From assembly GCA_028822845.1 (NCBI GenBank), contig JAPKCS010000002.1, positions 4,916 through 68,915 on the forward strand: 64,000 nt of DNA, read 5' to 3'. Shown piece by piece: positions 55,801-64,000 of this stretch. A program made the position numbers and the translations under genes. Positions within the stretch are counted from its first letter, which is position 1. Each line of letters begins with the position of its first letter. The stretch comes from Candidatus Poseidoniaceae archaeon (lineage in GTDB: Archaea > Thermoplasmatota > Poseidoniia > Poseidoniales > Poseidoniaceae). Below the pieces are notes generated by a model. That model was not told the origin of the DNA, made no database searches, and saw only the letters and a list, made by a program, of their open reading frames with translations.

Positions 55801-55840
55801 CAGCGAGGCGTTTGTCGAGGATTGAAAACACACCAGACAT
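52805..55840 (-). CDS. lhr: Lhr-like SF2 helicase with C-terminal Zn finger
   Basis: APTGSGKT, ITPLRALNRD, TTPET, DEVH, LSAT, HHGSL, SSLELGID, QRVGRA; CLRC...CSKC. Confidence 0.92.
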   Translation of the reverse strand: MSGVFSILDKRLADSLEERGWVPTPVQTAALPELCAGEDRIIVAPTGSGKTLTAVLPMLHRCLSEAWDPLAILYITPLRALNRDVDRRLEEIAGAVGLKIGLRHGDTTQSERARQTRKPPHLLVTTPETFQLMFTGKNLRKLLGSVRAVIIDEVHDLAASERGWQLSLGLARLEALSGRTVQRIGLSATVGNPEAVAKWLSPKRGEAIIAMGDRSTEITVECAQPLAEDEVGGIELGVTPRVHASFRRLIQVLRTEPPCLVFVNSRNDAETIANRLQTMAPDVQIGVHHGSLAAETRQDMEDRLRAGDLAGLVCTSSLELGIDVGKIQRIIQVKSPRSVDRMLQRVGRADHRLGGVGRGHLLAWDADEIAEGAVVARRAIFGEIEPVEWRDRPKTVVANQLVLMAHSHNAVPIDTATEIIGNASQFQGWNRHDTEAILKVLADSWIIRHTPDPKEVPWYRWPAKVYALAQAEALAKKLTLPEERPRYNVPEEEISKEIKSLEVPVPELFAKGWFSTAGRTRQWVSNHLSMIPDKQSYRVRDAVTRRTLGNVDEAFVLSLNDSGEDDDGHRRQFVMAGRTWMIIDADPEQSELLVTPVSDQANAPQWVGELPPVPKAIARDIGRLRHLVAEDLGLYESDLEDTSDAIDVNALFAGRNSTLQEHPIDDEALGMMAETITNHLEATGVLATDRKMTIEERDDAIVINSCHGSRINEALGHFLMAMASTKTGKWGRLVNEPTRISLQTGDIHAEHIIGWLKETPPDALQGLLSVTLPNSRQVRWRFAQVAKTFGILRHGVDPRKINLQALLRKYRGTVVMEEVLDKLFHERMDVLGARDVLHAIQTGLIVLEVSASGPMGVSNRSSRDLLLPNWDNAAVREKLKTRLVNERAVLCCLRCKNIRRFRVARFNEIKDIKRCSKCSGTMLACAREGMQSMLEGWVASEDEKDQGRMMKNAAIVQNRGYEAVVCLMGRGVGEATAQRLLRKVQRNNMEGLLEAIHNAEIEYARTRRFWA

Positions 55841-55940
55841 ACTCTCCTCACCCTCTTCGAGTGGTCCTCGTGCCGACCTCTTTTGAGGATTTGCAGTGCC
55901 CCATGGATGGTGAGTTCAACGAAAAACGGTGGACTGGTCT

Positions 55941-58900
55941 TCAGTCGTCATCGAATTCGTCTTCATCCTCTTGGTCTTCTTCCTCTTCCCAATCTTCTTC
56001 TTCTTCAAAGAGGCCTTTGCTGTGGTCGATGCTTGTGCGAGCGGCAATGGTAGCAACGCCAATCAAGACGAAGATGGATGTAACTACGAAGATCCAAATC
56101 AACGGGTTTTCTCGTGGAGAGTCGAACCAGCCAAGGTACATTGGGTAGGCGAGTTCAACAGAATGCTCGGCGCTGTTGTCATCATCGTTGACTTCGACAA
56201 TCAGATTGTCTCGGTCCACTACGACACGCAAGCGATCGACGCTTGTGGCCTTCCAAGTGGAGGTGACCTCGATGATTTCACCAGAGTCAATACCGGCTAA
56301 TGTGATTTCATCAAACGGTTCGTCCTCATTGCCAGCATAGAAACTGACCTTGAATGGAGCGTTGGTATCGCCGCCTGTGTTGATCACCTTGGCGGTGACA
56401 TCGACGCTTGAGCCAGGCGAGACGTGGTCATCAGAAAGATCGATTGAACGAACCCGCAACTCTGGTCCAACAGCACCCAATCGAATCCATTGCCGTTCAA
56501 AGTCAGTGTCATCGACAGCGAGTTCGGGCACAGGGCTTGCTTCAGAGTTGGACACGACTGGGAATTGGTTGCCTGCCGCATCGTAGCCGCTGACATAGAA
56601 GCCAACAAAGTCGCCGACTTGAGGTGTGATACGCCCACCGTCTGTGAGGTCAACAGCACCTGTCCAAATGACATTCTGTCCTTCTTGTTGCATACCGAGC
56701 AGGGTTGATCCAGCCCCGATGGTCACCGTTCGGGTCGCATCACGCATGACCCAGTGGACCATTTGCCTCGAACCCGTAAGATCGGCATCTTCTGTGCCGT
56801 GAAATTCAACAGGGACAAAGGTTAGGTCATTGTTAGCAGAGATATCGATGATGTTGAGCGGACTTGTTCGCTTTACTACGCGTGGTGCAGCATCATCCAC
56901 AGTGACTTGGAGTGTGGTTGATACCAACGTACCTGTCATGTCTTCACCGCGTCCGGGGATGTTGGTGATCGAGATTAAGCAGGTCCGGGTCGGCGATGAT
57001 TGAAGGGTGCTTGCAGCTGAAAGAGGCACTTCAACAGAGTATTCACCTTGGGCGGTGAGGGAACCATCGCTCCACATTTTCTCTCCATCAAACACTTCGA
57101 CAAGGATACCGACGTCCCGAGGTGCAGGTACGCTGCTCCCCTCATAGACCACAGTTCCAGTGAATGCGAGCCGGTCATCCTTACGAACACGGCTGCCGTC
57201 AGCGACCTGTCCTGTGCGGGGTTCACTGATGTCTTCGACCAAGTAATCACTCGGAGCCAACATCAGATCATTTTCAACTCGGAAGGTGTGTTCCAGAAGC
57301 AAAATTCGGTCTTCATAGGGAGACCCTCGTTCTTTGTAAATCAAAGCGACATCACCCATTTCTTCATCAGGCCAATCCCATCCAATTTCAAAGTGGAAGG
57401 CCAATTGTATCCATGGTAGACCAGATTCATTCGTGGTTTCATGCATAGCACTGGACGACATCAAGGTGATGAAGTCACTTTCAGACCAGAAGGTGTCGTT
57501 CATGCCCGAATAGGAGATGCGTTGTGCATCCCTCAACGGGTTCGGTCCTTCAAAGTCAAAGACAAGGGAAATGTGTTCGAAATCAATGGCGGTGTTGGCG
57601 TCAATGAAACCAAGCGTGATCGTTTGTTCCATGCCTGCAAAAATCGGGGCATTGTCTTGGTGACCAACCCACTCCAGTCCGGTGTATACTGCACTGGAAT
57701 CCTTGCGTGTTCGGAAGGTTGCATCATCGCGGTCGAACCCAGCTTCTGATTCAAACATCATGACTTCATCATCGTTGCCAATGGCGGAAAAGAACAACGA
57801 ATTACCAGCTTGGTCGCCACCGGACCAGAAGTAGGACACACGGCCCATGTTTGGGTTTCGTGAATGGTCGATGGTTGTGATGAACCACTTGTTCTTGGCT
57901 TCAGAGGTGTTGTGCACGCTCTTGAGAGCATATTCTTGAGGGTCTGCTTCACCGTTTCTGTTGGTGTCGTGATCTGCTTCAACCCAATACATCAGGTCGA
58001 GGCTCATCGGATGGCCAACATCGTCATTGACCATGACTTTGATTTCTTGCTGAGTGCTTGCCGCTTCATAGCCATCGTCAACAGGTGCGTTGTCCATTCG
58101 CTCAGGTGAGGTCGCATCGACCTTGTAGGTGCGTTGCCAATCGCTGTTGGAGGCCATCACATGGGTCGGGTCGCGTTCATTGTAGGTCTGTACCTCATAG
58201 GTCAAGCCGTCGGGAACATCAATTTCTGGAAGGTCGATTCCGATGAAGAACGTACCGTTGTTGTTGGTGGTGTCGCGTGCCGTGCTTTCCACCCAACCGT
58301 TTCGAGAAATGCGAACGTCAAAAGCGCTGTCTTTCGGTGCGTCTTCTGTGTTTTGGAACCACATTGCTCCTTGGAAGTAGAGGGTTTCTCCTGCTGCAAC
58401 CCATGTGTTGTCAGGTACATCATCCATGGTAAGTTGACCATCATTGTCCCTCACCTTGAGCCAACCGAGGCCGAAACTACGGTTGACTTCCATTGTGTAA
58501 TCGCTGAGTAAATCAAGCGGTGAATAGCCTGCAGAGCCACTGTTGTCGAGGCATCCAGTCTTGAACCGGACTGCATTTTGATCAGGGAATTCAGACGTTA
58601 CGTGGAACACCCAGTGGATTTCAAGGATTCCGTTATTTTCTGCCGACCATGAACTTGCATCCATTTCGATGTAATCTTCAGGGTCGTTTGGATCAGGGAA
58701 GATGTCCCCGTTCTGCCAGGTCATGGTTGGGTTCTTGGCGATGGAATTGGTTTGTAGGGTAAGTGTGGCTTCAGCCATGTTCGTTGCGTCTTCACCGATG
58801 ATGTGCCGGGTGACGACTTCGTATGGTTGAAGGCGCTCATGGAGCACTTCGCCAACTGGTATTTGGATGTCAAGATTGATGGTATTGACGGTGTAGGTGA

Positions 58901-61079
58901 TCGAGAACGATTCCAGCGTCAGCACTCCAGAAGATGCAGAGACCAAACCAATCGAAAGATTAGCGATCCCGGCCCCGGTGTCAGGAATCCGGTCGTTCAG
59001 GCATTTGAGGAGGTTGTTGACTCCGGAAGAAACCGTTTGGTCTGTCACCGTGATTGGGCCAAGTAAGGCGCCGTCAGCTGCAGGTTTCTTCCAACAGGTT
59101 GGCGTTGTCCAAACGTTTTTGTCAGGATCGAGTAAACCACCAATTTCAATCCCTGATTCTTCTGGTGCATCAGCGTGCTGAGCGATGATAATGTTCGAAA
59201 CCGAGGGGGTGTTTTGGGAATTTGAGGTGGACAATTCAACCCGTAGGCACATGTAGTAACCCGTTGGGCTGAGTGTTTTGGTTTGACCAGATTGTGCCGT
59301 CGTCCAGGATTGAACACCAGCACTTCCAGATGTACAAATCGAAGAAGAGGAATAGCCATAGTTGATCTTCATCGAGGTCCCAGATGGGACAGTTGCGTTC
59401 CAAGAAATCGTGGCAGCGACTGTGCTTTTGACTCCACTTCCCACATATTGATTGACGTACATGTATGCCGAACTCACATACGAAGTGGTGTATTCGATTC
59501 CAATGCCATCTAAAATCGGGGTGGCTGTTGTGGTTCCATTCAGCGTTGCCCGCCAGAGCAGGTTCTGTGTTGCGGTCGGGAATGTTATGCTTTGGCCGGC
59601 AGAGACATGTCGCCAGGTGCTGCCACCGTCGTTGGACAAATCCACATCGATGCTGGTGCCGCTTGGTAGGTAGCCAATGATTCCACTCACCTTGTATTCT
59701 GAAATCGGTTTGGAAATCAAGATTGCTGCACCCTCAATCATGTTCGAGGTTGATGTTGGTGTTCGAGCGTCATACAAAGCCCCGTCACCGTGGCTGTATA
59801 TTTTGTGCCGAGATGAACTTGAACAGTATGTTGTGCTGTAGTATGAGCAAGCAAAGCTAAGTTTGCCATCACCGGCTTCAACAAGGCCGTAGTGGCCTCC
59901 TTCTTGAATCGGTAGAACGCCCATATGTTCAATGAAATTTCCGTTGAAAGTCAGGTAGTGGTGGTAACTGTCGTAACTGTAGCCAACGCCGCTCTGGTAA
60001 GTTTGATCGTATTCATTGTACACAATGGTTGGGTAATTGACCACAAGCCCTGCGCCGTATTGTGTGGGGATGGTCGAGGATGATCCAAGCGTCCATGTAC
60101 CGTTGACAGAGGTTGGTGAATTCTTGTTCACCTCGTTCAGGTAGTGAGCCCTTGCGGAGTAGCTGTAGGTTGAAACCCACATTTTCCCTGTTGATTCATC
60201 GATGTCCACACCGGTGACATAATTTGGACTGAACGACCAAGATCGCTCACATCGCCATTGCAGCCCATCTTTGTCCCCGTCGTTGTTGGTGTCAATTCCA
60301 CGAACGGTCCATTTTGTCAAGTAATAATACGAATTGTGGGCGGTGTAGACTGTGTTTCCATCCACGGTTGCATCGGTCATTCGGTAATACTGGCTCGCAG
60401 TGCATCCGTTGGTGTTGACATCAACGCTTGCCGTCCCGAGATAAGCGCCGGTTGTGGCGTTGACCCGGAGGATCACTGGCACGCTGTACAAACCAGAGGA
60501 AGTGTAGCGCATGACGTGGTATTCATCACCCACTTGCACGACGACTCCGATGTAATTCCAGCCAGCAGTGGTGCTTACGCTGAGGGTTGGGAATGTCTTG
60601 GTCAAACCGGTGTAGCCTTGGTCACCATTGGCGATGAATTGCCCTGTTGTGTTTTGCACTGCAGAGTCTTTTGACTGGACTTGTTGGGTTCGGCCCATGT
60701 CAAGATCGGCGAGGGATGGATTGCCTTTCAGTTCCAGTTGCTGAGAATCCACGTTAATTTGATTCCGGCTGCCCGAGGTGAAAGGAGACGGTCCACTTCC
60801 AACCCACGCGCCATCACCAGAACCACCGAAATGGCTGTCAGTGGTGAAGTTGGTGTACGTGGTTTTGCTTGCATCACCGCGCAGTCTGAACTCTGCTCCG
60901 GTCACTTCCGCTCCGAACGGTATCGAGAGATCACCGGCGGTGCCGTTCCCACTGCCGCTAAACGTCTTGCTGTACGTGGTCGTACCGTTCTGAAATTGCG
61001 TCTCAGTGGTCGCTCCAGCAGCAATTGGTGCCATCAAAGAAGTGAGGAAAATTAGGGTTAGAAATAATGCTTTTTGCAT
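55941..61079 (-). CDS. Giant secreted surface protein (about 1710 aa) with CARDB domain, TM anchor and acidic tail
   Basis: Signal peptide MQKALFLTLIFLTSLMAPIAAGA; Ser/Thr/Tyr-rich N-terminal half; CARDB-like VVVDRDNLIVEVNDDDNS; TM then E/D tail. Confidence 0.85.
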   Translation of the reverse strand: MQKALFLTLIFLTSLMAPIAAGATTETQFQNGTTTYSKTFSGSGNGTAGDLSIPFGAEVTGAEFRLRGDASKTTYTNFTTDSHFGGSGDGAWVGSGPSPFTSGSRNQINVDSQQLELKGNPSLADLDMGRTQQVQSKDSAVQNTTGQFIANGDQGYTGLTKTFPTLSVSTTAGWNYIGVVVQVGDEYHVMRYTSSGLYSVPVILRVNATTGAYLGTASVDVNTNGCTASQYYRMTDATVDGNTVYTAHNSYYYLTKWTVRGIDTNNDGDKDGLQWRCERSWSFSPNYVTGVDIDESTGKMWVSTYSYSARAHYLNEVNKNSPTSVNGTWTLGSSSTIPTQYGAGLVVNYPTIVYNEYDQTYQSGVGYSYDSYHHYLTFNGNFIEHMGVLPIQEGGHYGLVEAGDGKLSFACSYYSTTYCSSSSRHKIYSHGDGALYDARTPTSTSNMIEGAAILISKPISEYKVSGIIGYLPSGTSIDVDLSNDGGSTWRHVSAGQSITFPTATQNLLWRATLNGTTTATPILDGIGIEYTTSYVSSAYMYVNQYVGSGVKSTVAATISWNATVPSGTSMKINYGYSSSSICTSGSAGVQSWTTAQSGQTKTLSPTGYYMCLRVELSTSNSQNTPSVSNIIIAQHADAPEESGIEIGGLLDPDKNVWTTPTCWKKPAADGALLGPITVTDQTVSSGVNNLLKCLNDRIPDTGAGIANLSIGLVSASSGVLTLESFSITYTVNTINLDIQIPVGEVLHERLQPYEVVTRHIIGEDATNMAEATLTLQTNSIAKNPTMTWQNGDIFPDPNDPEDYIEMDASSWSAENNGILEIHWVFHVTSEFPDQNAVRFKTGCLDNSGSAGYSPLDLLSDYTMEVNRSFGLGWLKVRDNDGQLTMDDVPDNTWVAAGETLYFQGAMWFQNTEDAPKDSAFDVRISRNGWVESTARDTTNNNGTFFIGIDLPEIDVPDGLTYEVQTYNERDPTHVMASNSDWQRTYKVDATSPERMDNAPVDDGYEAASTQQEIKVMVNDDVGHPMSLDLMYWVEADHDTNRNGEADPQEYALKSVHNTSEAKNKWFITTIDHSRNPNMGRVSYFWSGGDQAGNSLFFSAIGNDDEVMMFESEAGFDRDDATFRTRKDSSAVYTGLEWVGHQDNAPIFAGMEQTITLGFIDANTAIDFEHISLVFDFEGPNPLRDAQRISYSGMNDTFWSESDFITLMSSSAMHETTNESGLPWIQLAFHFEIGWDWPDEEMGDVALIYKERGSPYEDRILLLEHTFRVENDLMLAPSDYLVEDISEPRTGQVADGSRVRKDDRLAFTGTVVYEGSSVPAPRDVGILVEVFDGEKMWSDGSLTAQGEYSVEVPLSAASTLQSSPTRTCLISITNIPGRGEDMTGTLVSTTLQVTVDDAAPRVVKRTSPLNIIDISANNDLTFVPVEFHGTEDADLTGSRQMVHWVMRDATRTVTIGAGSTLLGMQQEGQNVIWTGAVDLTDGGRITPQVGDFVGFYVSGYDAAGNQFPVVSNSEASPVPELAVDDTDFERQWIRLGAVGPELRVRSIDLSDDHVSPGSSVDVTAKVINTGGDTNAPFKVSFYAGNEDEPFDEITLAGIDSGEIIEVTSTWKATSVDRLRVVVDRDNLIVEVNDDDNSAEHSVELAYPMYLGWFDSPRENPLIWIFVVTSIFVLIGVATIAARTSIDHSKGLFEEEEDWEEEEDQEDEDEFDDD

Positions 61080-61210
61080 GAAAATCACCAGTTGTCCCTC
61101 AATGGGCCTTCGGCCCACCCCCGCCAAAGCATTTCAACTTCGCCCCGTCTTGTCACATCAGGAAGGAAGCCTCAAGAAGTTGTGGGGTGCATGTCTCATC
61201 AGGGCGAAGC

Positions 61211-61597
61211 ATGGTACTTGGTATGATTTCAAAATGGTGGGCTGCACAACATGGACGTCAATTGGGTTACGCAGCCACTGCTTCTGGGGCCTCAGGTATT
61301 CTCTTTTTGTTGTGTGCCAGTCAGGTGCTTTTCCTACAAAACGACTCTTCATACGGTAGTTTTACCGGCGGCGCCATCGGTTTGGGTGTGTTCTCCGGAA
61401 TGTTCCTCTTGATCACGTTGCCAGAATTCCTCAACTTACGCGGCCATGCTTTGCTGCTTGAAGAGTTGCACCAAATCGATTCGACGTCCGAACTTCGGCG
61501 AAGAAAAGCAGAGGGCGATGAATCTGCGAGCGCCCTCGGTGCAGGTCATGAAGCATCGTGGACAGCATTCCTTGAAAGCAAGGGACTCCGACGGTGA
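61211..61597 (+). CDS. Small two-TM membrane protein
   Basis: Two hydrophobic helices; stop overlaps the start of the signal peptidase gene. Confidence 0.65.
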   Translation: MVLGMISKWWAAQHGRQLGYAATASGASGILFLLCASQVLFLQNDSSYGSFTGGAIGLGVFSGMFLLITLPEFLNLRGHALLLEELHQIDSTSELRRRKAEGDESASALGAGHEASWTAFLESKGLRR

Positions 61598-62610
61598 GTC
61601 AGAGGGGAGCACCGTTGAAGCGAAACGATCCATTGTCCTCGTTGTTGCGCGAAATGGTCCTCGCTGCCGGCATGATTGGTATTTTGGTGTTAGGGCTGTA
61701 CGCCCACACAGGCTCAATGCCACCCCTTGTCGTCGTTGAATCCTCATCAATGATTCATGAAGAGAACGGAGCCGTAGGCAGCATCGACGCTGGCGATTTG
61801 GTGCTCGTTCACAATCAGCCAATGAGCACCGTGGTTACCTTCGCTGAAGCAAGCGATCCTTCACACCCTGATTATGGGTACGAGCAACACGGCATGGCCG
61901 GTGATGTGATTATTTACGATAAAAATGGCGAAGGTGGTACACCGATTATTCATCGTGCAATCCTCGAAGTCGTCGCTCAGCTGACACAATCTCCTGACCG
62001 AGACGTTGCTGCCGATGCACCAAGCACGGCCCATTGCCCAGATGGAGGGAGTTACGATGATTCGCTTCTTGATCTCGATGGCGGGCTCGGCACATGTGTG
62101 TTGACATGGAATGTTCCAGGGACTGATGTTGTCAACGCTTCAAGCATCTCGGTGGCATTTGACGGCGTTCAGGCTGGCTATTACGACTGTGATCGCATGA
62201 CCCATGCCAACGTCGAACCGTACCTCGTGGTCTGGAACTGGACCCCTTCACAAGCAGGTTTGGTGACCTTGGGCGATAACAACAACTGCTCCGTTGATCA
62301 AGGCTCAATGGTGGTGAACGGCTCGGTCGGTGTTCACAGCGCATCCGGTGTCGTTCGACCGATTCGAGATTCCTGGTTGATCGGTGTCGCTGGTGGCGAA
62401 TTACCATGGCTTGGCACCGTCAAATTAGCCTTGAACGTCGATCCAGCATCGCCAGGCACAATCTATGTCCCAAATTCATCCTATCTTGCCCTGTTCATCT
62501 TGGTTTCAGGCGTGCTCCTCGCCCCGATGGCATTGGAACCATTGCTTCGTCGAATCATAAAAGGCGCGCCGGAAATAAAATTGGCGGCTGATGAACTCGA
62601 AGAAGAGTGA
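61594..62610 (+). CDS. Signal peptidase I (S26, archaeal Sec11-type) with insertions
   Basis: TM then VVVESSSM (Ser), GDLV, IIHRA (His), TLGDNN, PWLG. Confidence 0.88.
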   Translation: MSQRGAPLKRNDPLSSLLREMVLAAGMIGILVLGLYAHTGSMPPLVVVESSSMIHEENGAVGSIDAGDLVLVHNQPMSTVVTFAEASDPSHPDYGYEQHGMAGDVIIYDKNGEGGTPIIHRAILEVVAQLTQSPDRDVAADAPSTAHCPDGGSYDDSLLDLDGGLGTCVLTWNVPGTDVVNASSISVAFDGVQAGYYDCDRMTHANVEPYLVVWNWTPSQAGLVTLGDNNNCSVDQGSMVVNGSVGVHSASGVVRPIRDSWLIGVAGGELPWLGTVKLALNVDPASPGTIYVPNSSYLALFILVSGVLLAPMALEPLLRRIIKGAPEIKLAADELEEE

Positions 62611-63348
62611 TCAAGAAGCCAAAGCTTCGTGCAGGTTGAGTTCACGTCGAGCCACAGCGAGGGCTAATTTTGTCGAAATTGTTATTCGGCCTTGGCTCAA
62701 TTTCCGGCTCTGTCGTTGAATTTCTTTCAGTTCTCCCATCGTGGGAGAAATACTGCGCTGTTCCCACACCCGCAAGCCCACTAACAGGGCGATGCGGACA
62801 GCCGATACGACGTGATTATGGCGCAGCAATCCTTTCGAAGTCTTTGCTTCATCAACCTGTTCGACCAACAAACCCTCTGCAAGGCATTCGTTGATGATGT
62901 GGTCTCGAAGAAGAGGGGCGCCATCACCGATTCGAATCACGGTGGATGCGTGGTGCACTGCCTTTTCGATGCTACGAATGTGGCCGACCACATCCCCGAC
63001 AGATTCCAGTTGAGCCATACCCAACAACACGCCATCGCCCATCCATGCCACACCAGGGCGCGGTCCAGGATCAACTCCAAAGGTCAATTCATGGATTTGA
63101 TGAACGCCACGAAGGTGTTGAATGGCCCGCTCGACAGCGCCATCGATTGATTCGATGGTTGCAGCCACCGGCAGGCCCTCATTGCCCCGCTCAGAGGTTT
63201 CGAGTTCCGTGGCCATCCATACGGTATCGCCGTACGGGAGCGGTGCGTGATAATCGAGGAGGTCGAATTTGATGCCTCGTTGCTTGAGGGTTTGCATCAG
63301 CTGAAACGCCAATCGGAAATCCGTCGTTCGGACCGCAAGCCTCGCCAC
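62611..63348 (-). CDS. Hypothetical protein with RNase H-like (RuvC/YqgF-type) motif
   Basis: FGVDPGPRPGVAW, IRIGDG, VDEAKTS, SAVRIA; GTG start at 63348 is inferred because the upstream frame overlaps hjc. Confidence 0.6.
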   Translation of the reverse strand: MARLAVRTTDFRLAFQLMQTLKQRGIKFDLLDYHAPLPYGDTVWMATELETSERGNEGLPVAATIESIDGAVERAIQHLRGVHQIHELTFGVDPGPRPGVAWMGDGVLLGMAQLESVGDVVGHIRSIEKAVHHASTVIRIGDGAPLLRDHIINECLAEGLLVEQVDEAKTSKGLLRHNHVVSAVRIALLVGLRVWEQRSISPTMGELKEIQRQSRKLSQGRITISTKLALAVARRELNLHEALAS

Positions 63349-63478
63349 ACTGGTGCAACAGCAGAGGAGGTTCAAGGAAGTTTGCGCATTTTGGTGACGT
63401 TCGGGATGATCTCTTCTGGCCGTGTAGGGTGGGACTTTCTCCGAAGTCATCAAGAACGATTGACATTGATGAGCCACT

Positions 63479-64000
63479 GTGTCCAGCCAGTATGAACGGG
63501 AGTTGAGACAGGTGCTCGCTGGGGTGAATAAGGGTGTTGAAGCCGTCATCCGTTCGTGCACTCTCGCAGAAAAGGAACGCATGCGTTTGGTTCTCGGTCG
63601 GCCTTTTTTGGTCGTACGTGCTGCTGGTTCGGGCATGGAGGGGACTGGAGATTTACTTGTTCTTCGTGGCGATATGTGTTTTCCCATTGAGGTGAAAAGC
63701 ACCAAAGCAAACAAACTCTATCTTTCTGGGAGGACCAAGCATCAGTACGATGCAATGGTCAATGAAGGCGAACGCTGCCATCTGATGCCCTTGTACGCTC
63801 ATCGCCTGAAAGGGGTCCGCGGTGATTCGTGGCGGATTTTCCGTGTTGAGACATCAAACCTTACCGGACGGTTGAGGCAATTGGAAAAATGGATCCCGCC
63901 CTTTCCCAAAACGAGAACCGGCTCCAACTACCTCAATTGGGAAGATGGTATGCCATTGAATCAACTTGTAGCATTGCTTTGCTCCAAAGCGGGTTCTGAT
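63479..64000 (+). CDS. hjc: Holliday junction resolvase Hjc (3'-truncated; absent from the ORF track)
   Basis: Manual translation from GTG 63479: SSQYERELRQVL...FLVVRAAGSG..GTGDLLVLR...PIEVKS (PD-(D/E)xK); frame open to the window end. Confidence 0.85.
   Translation, partial: MSSQYERELRQVLAGVNKGVEAVIRSCTLAEKERMRLVLGRPFLVVRAAGSGMEGTGDLLVLRGDMCFPIEVKSTKANKLYLSGRTKHQYDAMVNEGERCHLMPLYAHRLKGVRGDSWRIFRVETSNLTGRLRQLEKWIPPFPKTRTGSNYLNWEDGMPLNQLVALLCSKAGSD

Noticed and set aside
57383-57407. Additional paired CAATT site
   Set aside because: 19-bp period and spacer not AT-rich; isolated single CAATTG hexamers elsewhere were also treated as background

Overview
Gene-dense, apparently core chromosomal segment of an archaeon. 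Archaeal translation genes (aIF5B, L24e, S28e, L7Ae, deoxyhypusine synthase, Hjc), bacterial-like genes (uvrB, folC, serS, leucine-catabolism carboxylase) and very large acidic surface proteins point to Marine Group II / Ca. Poseidoniales (inference from gene content, not a database result). About 46 CDS and two tRNAs (Leu-CAA, Ile-GAT) are supported; no mobile element, CRISPR array or rRNA was seen. The most striking unexplained signal is in the DNA itself. A ~490-bp AT-rich non-coding island (23146-23636) carries TTCCAATTG-type and CGTATAAT repeats and looks origin-like, but no cdc6/orc1 is nearby. A paired palindromic motif YAATTR-N14/15(AT-rich)-CAATTG recurs six times from that island out to 45.9 kb, mostly inside genes. 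About 7 kb on the other side lies a ParA ATPase followed by a small ribbon-helix-helix protein and a truncated PIN-like protein, with a tandem PRC-barrel gene directly beside the island. Together these suggest a candidate SegAB/ParFG-like chromosome partition system with dispersed centromere-like sites. This is a hypothesis, not a demonstration.
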